The notes under the pieces were generated by a model. The model worked only from the letters and a program-made list of their open reading frames with translations. It had not been told where the DNA came from and did no database searches. A program made the position numbers and the translations under genes. 64,000 nt of DNA from the IMG/VR virus record IMGVR_UViG_3300036987_000310, positions 160,001 to 224,000 of that record. One strand, given 5' to 3'. Origin of the DNA: a virus. Its lineage: Duplodnaviria > Caudoviricetes. This document shows, in pieces, positions 19,662 to 27,606 of the stretch (the stretch's first letter is position 1; every line of letters starts with the position of its first letter).

Positions 19662-19775
19662 TGGCGCCTCAATTAAGCTAGAAACTGTTTGAGAAACAGC
19701 GGAACCCTAGTGCGTCGTCGTTGAGGCTTCACGTGCGCCATCAGATCCCAATTTTAGGCGGGGCAACCGCCCCTA
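19662..19775. ncRNA. candidate structured intergenic RNA/leader
   Basis: Nested complementary segments TGGCGC/GCGCCA, CTCAA/TTGAG, CTAG/CTAG, CTGTTT/AAACAG, plus GGCGG-GGCAA-CCGCC hairpin. Confidence 0.3.
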
Positions 19776-20126
19776 TGTCAACATTACACGCGACACGCAT
19801 GATTTTTTCAACCCGGTCAAAATGTTTCGGAACCAAGCTTTGATCGACTTTGTGTGGGAAAGATAAAAACGGCGACGAACTCGCTCAGATGCTAGGCCGC
19901 TGTTATCGTACGTTTGGATGAGAACTTCGACTCTCCAGTTCAGTCTACAAAGAGGAACACAGATGCTAGTCCTCACCGTGGCCAGTTTGACTCTTCCCGC
20001 CTGAATTCTGAACACGAAGTAAGACCGTTTAGTGGTTTTGAACCCGGAGTCCCAACTCATTTTCTTCATGGAGCGCGTGAGTTGGGACCTTAGGCGCCTG
20101 AGCTCCTTTATGATGCTGGCGTTCAT
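19773..20126 (-). CDS. hypothetical basic protein, tag family
   Basis: Ends CVSRVMLT*. Confidence 0.6.
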   Translation of the reverse strand: MNASIIKELRRLRSQLTRSMKKMSWDSGFKTTKRSYFVFRIQAGRVKLATVRTSICVPLCRLNWRVEVLIQTYDNSGLASERVRRRFYLSHTKSIKAWFRNILTGLKKSCVSRVMLT

Positions 20127-20188
20127 GTTTCATCGCTCCAATTTCTTCGCAGGAAGAAGCCGTCCAAATCTACCCCAAATGGATCAAG

Positions 20189-20402
20189 CTATCCGTCCAT
20201 CACCTTCTGCACCGTCCACTCGTTTCTTGCAACTTCTCTGCAGTTAACATACTCAGACGGCGGCTTGTCGTACAATTGCAAATCGTCCGTCCAACAAACC
20301 CCTGGCGCTCCATGCACCATGGCGCCGCATTTTTCACAGCATCTTCGAACGGAGCCATACGGTTGATCTCGCTGAGTCACAAGGTGTAAAATTTCGGTCA
20401 TG
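20189..20402 (-). CDS. Cys-rich protein, tag family
   Basis: CEKC...NCREVARNEWTVQKVMDG*. Confidence 0.65.
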
Positions 20403-20456
20403 AGACAGGTCCCTCGCTGGCCGCCAAACGTGTCAAAACTGGTTCGCAAAAACGGA

Positions 20457-20600
20457 ATGCTCTTAGATTCGAAGAGGAGGCATCTGGCTTACTGCCCGAC
20501 ATGCCTCTTAGACATGCACCCATCATATTTCCCAAAACATTCAGAAAGCGAATGCTTGTCTTTTCAGCTTGAAATCGTTGAAGACGTTCAAGACGACTGA
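20457..20600 (+). CDS. 47-aa CxxC protein, tag family
   Basis: MLLDSKRRHLAYCPTC...SECLSFQLEIVEDVQDD*. Confidence 0.55.
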   Translation: MLLDSKRRHLAYCPTCLLDMHPSYFPKHSESECLSFQLEIVEDVQDD

Positions 20601-21101
20601 TCATGACTCTTGAATTTCTTTGCACTGACCTTCTCGAGAACTGTTGACGAATCCGAAGTAAAACTCCCACAGCTCGATCGCATTGGTGCGAAACCAGTTT
20701 TCATTGTCCACTGATTGAATGGACGGTTCAACGACGTACGTCCAAAAAAGCCGGTGGGCTATGTCTTCTGACGTTTTAGGGTCACACGAGTTGGCGGCTT
20801 TGGCAAGCATTAAGTCTTCTCTTTTCCCGGTGACTCTCATAGAATCCAAGATCGTTTTGGTAGTTATGGGCCCGCTACATTTGACGACCAGACCATGTTT
20901 TGTTTCCACAGGAACTTGTGGATCCGCCCACACTCCGGGCAGGGAGACCAGACCGTATTCTGTTTTTTGAAAAATCATGTCCATGCATATCGCCCAGTAT
21001 TCGCCGACAGTTTCAATCCAAAATTCCAGCACTTTTTTCTCCTCGGACCACTCGACGTCTAGCGGAGAGACTCGCATGGAGAAGATTACTTTTCTGTCCA
21101 T
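20601..21101 (-). CDS. hypothetical protein, tag family
   Basis: Ends QCKEIQES*. Confidence 0.6.
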   Translation of the reverse strand: MDRKVIFSMRVSPLDVEWSEEKKVLEFWIETVGEYWAICMDMIFQKTEYGLVSLPGVWADPQVPVETKHGLVVKCSGPITTKTILDSMRVTGKREDLMLAKAANSCDPKTSEDIAHRLFWTYVVEPSIQSVDNENWFRTNAIELWEFYFGFVNSSREGQCKEIQES

Positions 21102-21118
21102 GAAACAAGTTACATGTA

Positions 21119-21559
21119 TTGTCCAAAATGGTTGCAAGAATACCAATAAAGAACGAGAATGGCATGTTTGCCGTCATTGACGACGACATGGAGAAGGGGG
21201 CATTGTGTTTCAAATGGACTTTAAACAAAAATGGGGAGCCCAGAGCTCAGTACCCACGTCCTGACCACCCGAAGCTTTACACTAGCATCACTTTGAAATC
21301 ATATGTCATGATGCAGCGCGTCATATCCCCGTTTGTGATCAAAAATTTGAACGGGGACTTGTTAGACTGTCGCAGGGAAAATTTGGCAAAAATGACGCTA
21401 AAAGAAGCCAGAGCTCTGGATAGAAAAAACCTAGGGCCGGCGTCGCCAAAGAAAAAAATTCAGCGCAAATGGGCAAGAAAGCTTGTGAAAATGCCAAAGC
21501 CGAAGAAAAAAGTGTTTGAACTTTTTCCGGAGTCTTCCAGCTCCAATGGCGACAAGTAG
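21119..21559 (+). CDS. degenerate HNH_3-like endonuclease domain protein
   Basis: AVIDDD...KW...IKNLNGDLLDCRRENL; catalytic His apparently lost. Confidence 0.55.
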   Translation: MSKMVARIPIKNENGMFAVIDDDMEKGALCFKWTLNKNGEPRAQYPRPDHPKLYTSITLKSYVMMQRVISPFVIKNLNGDLLDCRRENLAKMTLKEARALDRKNLGPASPKKKIQRKWARKLVKMPKPKKKVFELFPESSSSNGDK

Positions 21560-21755
21560 TCACTCGTTCATCACAGCTTGCACAAATCTGCCGTCGCACG
21601 TGGCGGGAATCCCTTGATTCTCAAGATCCAAGATTGCGTCGCGGATTGTCGAGTTCGGGTTGTTTGTGGCCGTTATTTTCAGGCCGCATCGTTTGCAAAC
21701 GAAAAAAGTTTCTGAAGCGCCTGAATTCTTTCACTACTCCCCATGAGTGGTTCAT
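21560..21755 (-). pseudogene. frameshifted HxW-CxxC tag-family gene
   Basis: MNHSWGVVKE continues in +1 frame as SGASETFFVCKRC...TCDGRFVQAVMNE*; span is 196 nt (3n+1). Confidence 0.6.
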
Positions 21756-21976
21756 GATTTCATGACTTCCATTAGATGAATAGTTTCTTCAGGAACTTCT
21801 TCCCAGTCAAAAGTTCTTTCCCTTTGGGACACCGGGTCAATCCAGCATCCGCTCCATACGTTGATCATGTCCATCGCGCAATCATCGCAATATTGAATAA
21901 GCCTTCCGTTCAACATGAACACTCTAGTGGCTTGATTTCCACAACAAGCGCTAAGACTGTGACGAAAACAGTTCAT
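21752..21976 (-). CDS. treble-clef-like Zn-finger protein, tag family
   Basis: CCGNQA...YCDDC...EVPEETIHLMEVMKS*. Confidence 0.7.
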   Translation of the reverse strand: MNCFRHSLSACCGNQATRVFMLNGRLIQYCDDCAMDMINVWSGCWIDPVSQRERTFDWEEVPEETIHLMEVMKS

Positions 21977-22689
21977 GCACTAACAATTTTTTCGAAGTTA
22001 AAGTCCCCGTTTTCCCCTGGGTATCCGTGGGGATTGCACACAATGCGCGTTCTTCCTACGCGGTAATCGAAGGAGGTGTGCGTATGTCCATGGATCGCCA
22101 AGAATGGTTCTTTTTCTTTCACTATGGCTTCGGCTTGTTTGCCAGCGTGAAAGAAACAGTTCAGGGGGCTCCCCGAAAACTTTGGAGACACGGATTCCGA
22201 GAAAGGAAACTGGTGCGTCACAAGAATGTCAGAAGCTGTTAGCTCCGTGTCCAAAAACCGCAAAGACGCTTCGTGCCTGTCGTACACCCAGGGCTCAAAG
22301 TCGGATATGTGACGAAAATCGTTAAGAAACATTTTCATAGCAGAATTCGTCGGGGCCGGGAACCATAAAGTGGACCCAACAAATCTTGTGCCGCCGATTT
22401 CAGCCACCTCGTTATCGATCCAGTGCAGGTTTGAGACCTGTCGAAGCCCGTCTTTCATTAGCCCTAAATCTGCGGGGGACCCTCCGTACAGGTCATGATT
22501 TCCATGAACAAACACGACCTGTTTGAATTTTGAACACACAAGGTGCAAGGCTCGTTGCAGAGTGTGTGCGTTCGCCAAGTCCCCGGCGATGACAGCGACA
22601 TCCACATCTTCTTCCAGAGAAGACACCAGAGATGTCCCAGAGTCCATATGAAACTCCGTGTGCAAATCGCTGGTAATCAGGATTCTCAT
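21973..22689 (-). CDS. calcineurin-like metallophosphoesterase
   Basis: SDLH, AGD, GNHD, HGHTH motifs. Confidence 0.9.
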   Translation of the reverse strand: MRILITSDLHTEFHMDSGTSLVSSLEEDVDVAVIAGDLANAHTLQRALHLVCSKFKQVVFVHGNHDLYGGSPADLGLMKDGLRQVSNLHWIDNEVAEIGGTRFVGSTLWFPAPTNSAMKMFLNDFRHISDFEPWVYDRHEASLRFLDTELTASDILVTHQFPFSESVSPKFSGSPLNCFFHAGKQAEAIVKEKEPFLAIHGHTHTSFDYRVGRTRIVCNPHGYPGENGDFNFEKIVSA

Positions 22690-22745
22690 TTCAAACAGTA
22701 CAAGGCATCAAAATTTACATAACCTCTTGATGACGCACAAACAGC

Positions 22746-23864
22746 ATGAGCTCAATCGCTGAACGCGTCGCCGCCATGTATTGGGACCCAACGAACGAAA
22801 CGTCTCCTGAAATTGGTCCCGAAAACGAATTTGTGGTGGGACAAGGATGGCCGGAAACGGACGACCCGGAAGAGAGAAAAAAACAAATTGAGTATGACGA
22901 AAGAACGCTTCGCGGGCTCAAGATGGTAGACGACGAAATGGCTGAGTGGGGGCTCCCGCCGGACAAGCTTGCAACGGAGCTCCGCACGATCGCCGACGCC
23001 ATAGATAGATCTGAGCAGCCGAGCTTGTCTCTCGTGGCCAGCGACATTTCCGAGCTTGTTGGTTTCTTGCGAACTTCTGGCGCCAAATCGATGGCCAGAA
23101 ACATTCGAAACGAAGTGTGGTCGCAAATTTTAGCGCTTTTTCCGAGCGGAACCTTCGACCTTTCCGTTGGCCAAGGGTCTGGCCTCTACGACACCAACGA
23201 AGAGGGAAAGGGGTGGTCGGACGGGTTTGTGTCGTTCGCAGCCAAGCCAACAATCTGGTCCACCAACAACATCATAGGCGGCATCCTGTTTCGATTTCGG
23301 TACTCTCCAGAGAGCATAATTCCAAAACCGGGGACCCCTGAGCACGAAAAATGGGAGAAAGAGAACGTTCTTGGCATCAACCAAAACGTTGTTGAAGTTG
23401 GTGAGCTGTCTGGAGGCTATTACAACAAGAGATCGGGAGGGTCTGTCGACGCGTTTGTCGGAAAGATTGACTCAGAAACTGAGGCTCCCGCCGAGGTCGC
23501 GGCAACTCCAAAGGAAATCTTCTTTGGCGAGGCGATCTTTGAGATCGTCCAAAACGAGACCATTGTTGACTGGGACTGGAGCGACCCTGCAACAACAAGA
23601 TCCAGGATACAAAACGTCATTGACGACATCATGAGAAGCCCTCCCATCGGAGGAACCGGAAAGCCTTCTGGCAAGAAGAACCCGTATGAAAGCATAATGA
23701 AGTTCATGAACCATTTGAGAAGGCAAAGACGGAATGTGTTCTATAAAGACGAAGCCAGCCTTATTGCACAGTCCATTGGGTCAGTTCTGAACACAGTGGT
23801 TCAAACACTGACCAACAACAACTTCCAGTACGACCCGAAGAACGCGCCGTTCCCTGTTCCCTGA
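22746..23864 (+). CDS. hypothetical protein with LRxIAxxIDxSxxPS domain (372 aa)
   Basis: ELRTIADAIDRSEQPSLSLVASDI. Confidence 0.75.
   Translation: MSSIAERVAAMYWDPTNETSPEIGPENEFVVGQGWPETDDPEERKKQIEYDERTLRGLKMVDDEMAEWGLPPDKLATELRTIADAIDRSEQPSLSLVASDISELVGFLRTSGAKSMARNIRNEVWSQILALFPSGTFDLSVGQGSGLYDTNEEGKGWSDGFVSFAAKPTIWSTNNIIGGILFRFRYSPESIIPKPGTPEHEKWEKENVLGINQNVVEVGELSGGYYNKRSGGSVDAFVGKIDSETEAPAEVAATPKEIFFGEAIFEIVQNETIVDWDWSDPATTRSRIQNVIDDIMRSPPIGGTGKPSGKKNPYESIMKFMNHLRRQRRNVFYKDEASLIAQSIGSVLNTVVQTLTNNNFQYDPKNAPFPVP
22948..23002 (+). repeat. 55-bp exact repeat, copy 1 (inverted copy at 35552-35606)
   Basis: GGGGGCTCCCGCCGGACAAGCTTGCAACGGAGCTCCGCACGATCGCCGACGCCAT. Confidence 0.9.
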
Positions 23865-24191
23865 TCAACTGTTCATCACAGTTCTGGCGCAAACCCAAAG
23901 ACGGAGTTCCACCAAAGCGTCTTCAATCTCAGGACTGGTTGGCGCGTTTCCACCAATCTTGAGAAGCTCCCCGGATTCCAGCATTTTTCCATATTTGTGC
24001 TTGGTTCCGTCGGAGTCCATCGTTGCCAACATAAAGATTCTGTGCGGCCTGCAAAAACTTTGAACAGGCTCATGTGGCTCGAGAACGGCCATGACCAAAA
24101 GAACAACCCCGTCTCCTATGGGACGGGCCCATTCATACTCTTTTTGACGAGACTGCATTGACAACATACTCTGGAACGGTTCCCCGTTCAT
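23865..24191 (-). CDS. hypothetical protein, tag family
   Basis: Ends EDALVELRLWVCARTVMNS*. Confidence 0.65.
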   Translation of the reverse strand: MNGEPFQSMLSMQSRQKEYEWARPIGDGVVLLVMAVLEPHEPVQSFCRPHRIFMLATMDSDGTKHKYGKMLESGELLKIGGNAPTSPEIEDALVELRLWVCARTVMNS

Positions 24192-24436
24192 TTGGTAGGG
24201 ATGCGCGCGATCACCCCACGACCGTCCACTGTGTGGTGCTTGAAGTCTCGCTGGTTAGTGGTGCCACAGCGCTCGCACTCGTAGTGCCCATGCTTACAGC
24301 AAGTGGTCGGCTCGATGACTTCGAAGTGCCAATTGTCCAACACTGGACCGGCAAGCTCCTCAAGAGTGGTGACGGGTGGTGGGCGCAGCCACGGATGCTT
24401 GTTCATTATATATGTGTACGCCTCTCGCTTCCACAT
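24188..24436 (-). CDS. Cys/His-rich hypothetical protein (MNKHPW family)
   Basis: CKHGHYECERC; N-terminus duplicated at 24624-24776. Confidence 0.6.
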   Translation of the reverse strand: MWKREAYTYIMNKHPWLRPPPVTTLEELAGPVLDNWHFEVIEPTTCCKHGHYECERCGTTNQRDFKHHTVDGRGVIARIPTK

Positions 24437-24456
24437 TTACGTGTTCCGATTGAGTG

Positions 24457-24627
24457 TTAGTCCTCCCTCCAATCCTCCTCCAGACTAGCCGACTTCACGT
24501 CTACGGGGCCGCCGTGGGTCAGTATCTTGGCAACCCTGTCGACTATTAGATCGGCTTCATATTCGGTAACGCCCATCTCATCCAGATCTGCCGTCAACCG
24601 AATTGTCAAAGCATAGGTCTTCTTCAT
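24457..24627 (-). CDS. hypothetical protein
   Basis: GAGGAG RBS, ATGA coupling. Confidence 0.55.
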   Translation of the reverse strand: MKKTYALTIRLTADLDEMGVTEYEADLIVDRVAKILTHGGPVDVKSASLEEDWRED

Positions 24628-24776
24628 GTCTCCTCGCTCGTGCACGGTAGCTCTTCTAAGCTTTGATTCCACAGCCTCACCACAGAGTCATCGGCATGGT
24701 TGAACGGAGGATTGACGCGATCGGCAAATTCCTCAGGAGTGATGGGTGGTGAGCACAGCCACGGGTGTTTGTTCAT
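24624..24776 (-). CDS. 50-aa hypothetical protein (MNKHPW family)
   Basis: ATGA-coupled at both ends; MNKHPWLCSPPITPEE. Confidence 0.55.
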   Translation of the reverse strand: MNKHPWLCSPPITPEEFADRVNPPFNHADDSVVRLWNQSLEELPCTSEET

Positions 24777-25390
24777 TTTATTGCGAGAACTCTTAACGAT
24801 TTGCCGCTATCGCTGATGTCGCATGAGGCAAAGCCCGTCAAAGCTTTTCGAATTTCGTCTTTGCTGTGGTATCTAAACACGGACACATCCATCCCAATGG
24901 ACGGGGAAGCCTGAACATGAAAAACTTTTTTGCCAAAAAATGCCGAGATTTCAAAATGCCTTCGGTCCTCATGCCTGTAAGTGGAAACCTTCCATCTTGG
25001 CTTTGAGAACGCATTGAATGCCAGTCTGCCACCAGGTCTCAAAGCCTTTCTCACCAATTCAAACACTTTGTCCAGGTCCAGATATCCGATGGACTGTCGT
25101 ATGACGCAAACGTCTACTTTTTTCAGGCACACATAAGCTTCGACGTTCTGAACATCCCCCGACACTTGTTTTACTCTTGTGTCTTTACAGCGAGGGTTTA
25201 GATCTATGAGAGTCGGAGCGTAAACAGCGCCGCGGCGAACAGCTTCCAAAGACACCGCTCCAGTTCCTCCGCACAGGTCCATGAGCCTGTCCTTCTTTGG
25301 ATCATAAGACGCCAGGTCCAAAAGGCTTCCTGGGTTTTCAAGCCACCTGGAGTACAACTTCTCATAGGAGCTTGTCGTGCACTTGAACAT
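24773..25390 (-). CDS. class I SAM-dependent methyltransferase
   Basis: LMDLCGGTG motif I, ALRPGGRLAF motif. Confidence 0.85.
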   Translation of the reverse strand: MFKCTTSSYEKLYSRWLENPGSLLDLASYDPKKDRLMDLCGGTGAVSLEAVRRGAVYAPTLIDLNPRCKDTRVKQVSGDVQNVEAYVCLKKVDVCVIRQSIGYLDLDKVFELVRKALRPGGRLAFNAFSKPRWKVSTYRHEDRRHFEISAFFGKKVFHVQASPSIGMDVSVFRYHSKDEIRKALTGFASCDISDSGKSLRVLAIK

Positions 25391-25391
25391 G

Positions 25392-25547
25392 TTACTCTCG
25401 CTTCAATTTTTTGATCTTTCGCCGCAGTTTTTTGATCTTTCGCCGCAGTTTTTTGATCTTTCTCGAATTGTCCGAAGCAGGGTAGTACCTCAAATCCGGG
25501 CCATAGCTTCTCTCATTCGTGGCATAGCAAAAACTGTCAATCGGCAT
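25392..25547 (-). CDS. small basic protein with KIKKLRR repeats
   Basis: 51 aa; about 2.7 copies of a 21-bp unit. Confidence 0.45.
   Translation of the reverse strand: MPIDSFCYATNERSYGPDLRYYPASDNSRKIKKLRRKIKKLRRKIKKLKRE
25407..25462. repeat. 21-bp tandem repeat (TTTTTTGATCTTTCGCCGCAG, about 2.7 copies)
   Basis: Read directly. Confidence 0.9.
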
Positions 25548-25548
25548 G

Positions 25549-25752
25549 TCACCACTCAATTTCCACGCCGTGCTTCTCGGCTTCTCGGCGAATGTGTTCT
25601 TCCAAAGCTTGCGCCGCAGACACATACTCGTCGTAAGCTTTGCGAAACTCAAGGTCGGAGATCTCCTCGAAAGAGGAATACTGCCTAAAGCAATAATCAA
25701 ACCCATCGTTGTCGATTTTGAACAGCACATTTTCGACTTGATCTTTTGTCAT
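25549..25752 (-). CDS. hypothetical acidic protein
   Basis: MTKDQVENVLFKI..., ATGA overlap with upstream stop. Confidence 0.65.
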   Translation of the reverse strand: MTKDQVENVLFKIDNDGFDYCFRQYSSFEEISDLEFRKAYDEYVSAAQALEEHIRREAEKHGVEIEW

Positions 25753-26795
25753 ATCAAATTCCCATCCTTGTCTATGCAGGCCACGAATCCGTGCCCCTCG
25801 ATGTTGAACCTTGTCGGATAAGTTTTGCGGAAAGAGTCTCGAAAAGTTCCGGCCGGAGCATATGGAAACGATTCGACTCCCCCCAAAAACTCGTGCATGT
25901 GAACGACGCCTGCCGCTTCCGGGTGATTTTCGAGCACATACCACAGCAGTGGAGCATTCATTGTGGCTTTGTCCCCGTACGTCACGACAAAGTCGTCCAC
26001 AACACGGACGACCGGGCATACATTCGACAAAAGTCTCGGGCCCTTGATTCTTGGAGTAGTCAGCATAAGACCATTCTTGCACCTCACCGCAAGAGACCCA
26101 AAATGCTTGCTTCCCGCGGCCCACCGCCGTTCAAACATCCAAGCATACCTGGCCAGGAGTTTGCTCATGAAGTCGTGCGCATTTTGATCCTGTTCAACAA
26201 GGCCCTCCTTAACCGTGTGGAAATGAACGTCTTCCACCATAGCCCGAAGCTCAGCGTACAACCTGTCAAACTGGTCTTCAAACCGAAGCACAGCGCCGTC
26301 AGGGAAGCACAACATCTTTAGACGAAGATTGCTTTTGTCGTTAGCTATGACTGCATGGGCCCTAGACCTGTCTATCAGTTCCTGAGCCTTGACTATTGTT
26401 GAAGCCTCTTCTTCTCTCGAAGTGAGCTTGCATCCGATGAGCTTGCATTTCGGGTTGGCTTTCCGAATCTCGTCTATGATGTATGGGGTTCGAACAAGCT
26501 TCACGGACACTTCGTCCATGCATGTTGGCATTTTTCCTTCGAACGGCTTTTCCGGAACGTAGTTTGTGACTGCTGCAGCCATCACAGCAGCGTCCGAAAT
26601 TTTTGCCAAATTTATGCACGATTCTAGGTATGCCCGCCATTCCATGTTGTGAATGGACGTCACCTCATGTCCGTGACTGCGCAAGTAGTCTACAAATTGG
26701 AGAGCCCATTTTCCGCGCGCCAAATTGGAAAAAATTTTGTTGTCGTCAAGTTTTCCAAAAACGGGACCGGACGTCACTAGCACTTTTTTCGACAT
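25749..26795 (-). CDS. CoaB/DFP-like domain fused to class II aldolase/adducin-like domain
   Basis: VLVTSGP...SNLARG...AAAVTNY...GCKL...VIAND (CoaB-like); FGSLAVR...VVHMH (class II aldolase HxH). Confidence 0.7.
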   Translation of the reverse strand: MSKKVLVTSGPVFGKLDDNKIFSNLARGKWALQFVDYLRSHGHEVTSIHNMEWRAYLESCINLAKISDAAVMAAAVTNYVPEKPFEGKMPTCMDEVSVKLVRTPYIIDEIRKANPKCKLIGCKLTSREEEASTIVKAQELIDRSRAHAVIANDKSNLRLKMLCFPDGAVLRFEDQFDRLYAELRAMVEDVHFHTVKEGLVEQDQNAHDFMSKLLARYAWMFERRWAAGSKHFGSLAVRCKNGLMLTTPRIKGPRLLSNVCPVVRVVDDFVVTYGDKATMNAPLLWYVLENHPEAAGVVHMHEFLGGVESFPYAPAGTFRDSFRKTYPTRFNIEGHGFVACIDKDGNLI

Positions 26796-26838
26796 TTTAC
26801 GACTCTTGAATTAACAGCACTATGTGTCAAACCACACT

Positions 26839-27054
26839 TCATGCGTCATGAATTTCCATGATCAAAAGTTCGTCTCTTGTTTTTTCAACAAATTTCTTTG
26901 ACCAGCGTCCCTCCATCCCAGTCAATAGAAGAAACGTGCGCGCATGCTGGCCGCACCTTGCGTGCAGAACTTCCTGCCTAGGCTCTGACTCCAAGAACCA
27001 TCTGACCGCGACTTTCGAACACTCCGGTATTCCGCATTTTTGCGGAATTTTCAT
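26839..27054 (-). CDS. treble-clef-like Zn-finger protein, tag family
   Basis: CGIPEC..VAVRW...RCGQH...EKTRDELLIMEIHDA*. Confidence 0.7.
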   Translation of the reverse strand: MKIPQKCGIPECSKVAVRWFLESEPRQEVLHARCGQHARTFLLLTGMEGRWSKKFVEKTRDELLIMEIHDA

Positions 27055-27114
27055 CCGAACAGGTCCTTCCAGACCCCGTAAAGAATGAACAAAATCCGCT
27101 GGTATGCTGGTATT

Positions 27115-27606
27115 TTACTCATTGTGTATCTCGAATAACGCCACCTCGTCCTTGTCGAGCGTCATAGCTATGTCAAACCGATTTATTGTTTCGTGTTTCG
27201 CACATCTCGGGTAAACCCTGTCAAATTTTGACACATGCCAAACAACGGCATCGCGTTCACATGTCAAACTATGAGTCGGATTTTCTGCCATGAAATGTCC
27301 ACAACGCTTTTCAAAAACTCTGAAATTGTTCTTTATGGCGTTTGGGGAGCTTCCGTACATCAGCCCAAAGTTCAAATGTTTTTCACTCGACATGACGGAG
27401 TCTATTGTGAAAAATGCTTCGTTAACAGTTTCTGCCATCTTTTCAAAAACAAGTGTGAAAGCCGATGGAGCGCAAAATTTCATTCCAACGTTTTTAACAC
27501 CCGGCATCGGGTTGCAAACGTGCAGTTCCGATTTGCAAGACTCTGCCAAAAGACTCATGAGTCGAATTTCCATTTGAGAATAATTGGAATTTCGCATGTT
27601 CATCAT
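27115..27606 (-). CDS. hypothetical protein with C-terminal Zn finger, tag family
   Basis: CERDAVVW...RCAKH...LDKDEVALFEIHNE*. Confidence 0.65.
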   Translation of the reverse strand: MMNMRNSNYSQMEIRLMSLLAESCKSELHVCNPMPGVKNVGMKFCAPSAFTLVFEKMAETVNEAFFTIDSVMSSEKHLNFGLMYGSSPNAIKNNFRVFEKRCGHFMAENPTHSLTCERDAVVWHVSKFDRVYPRCAKHETINRFDIAMTLDKDEVALFEIHNE

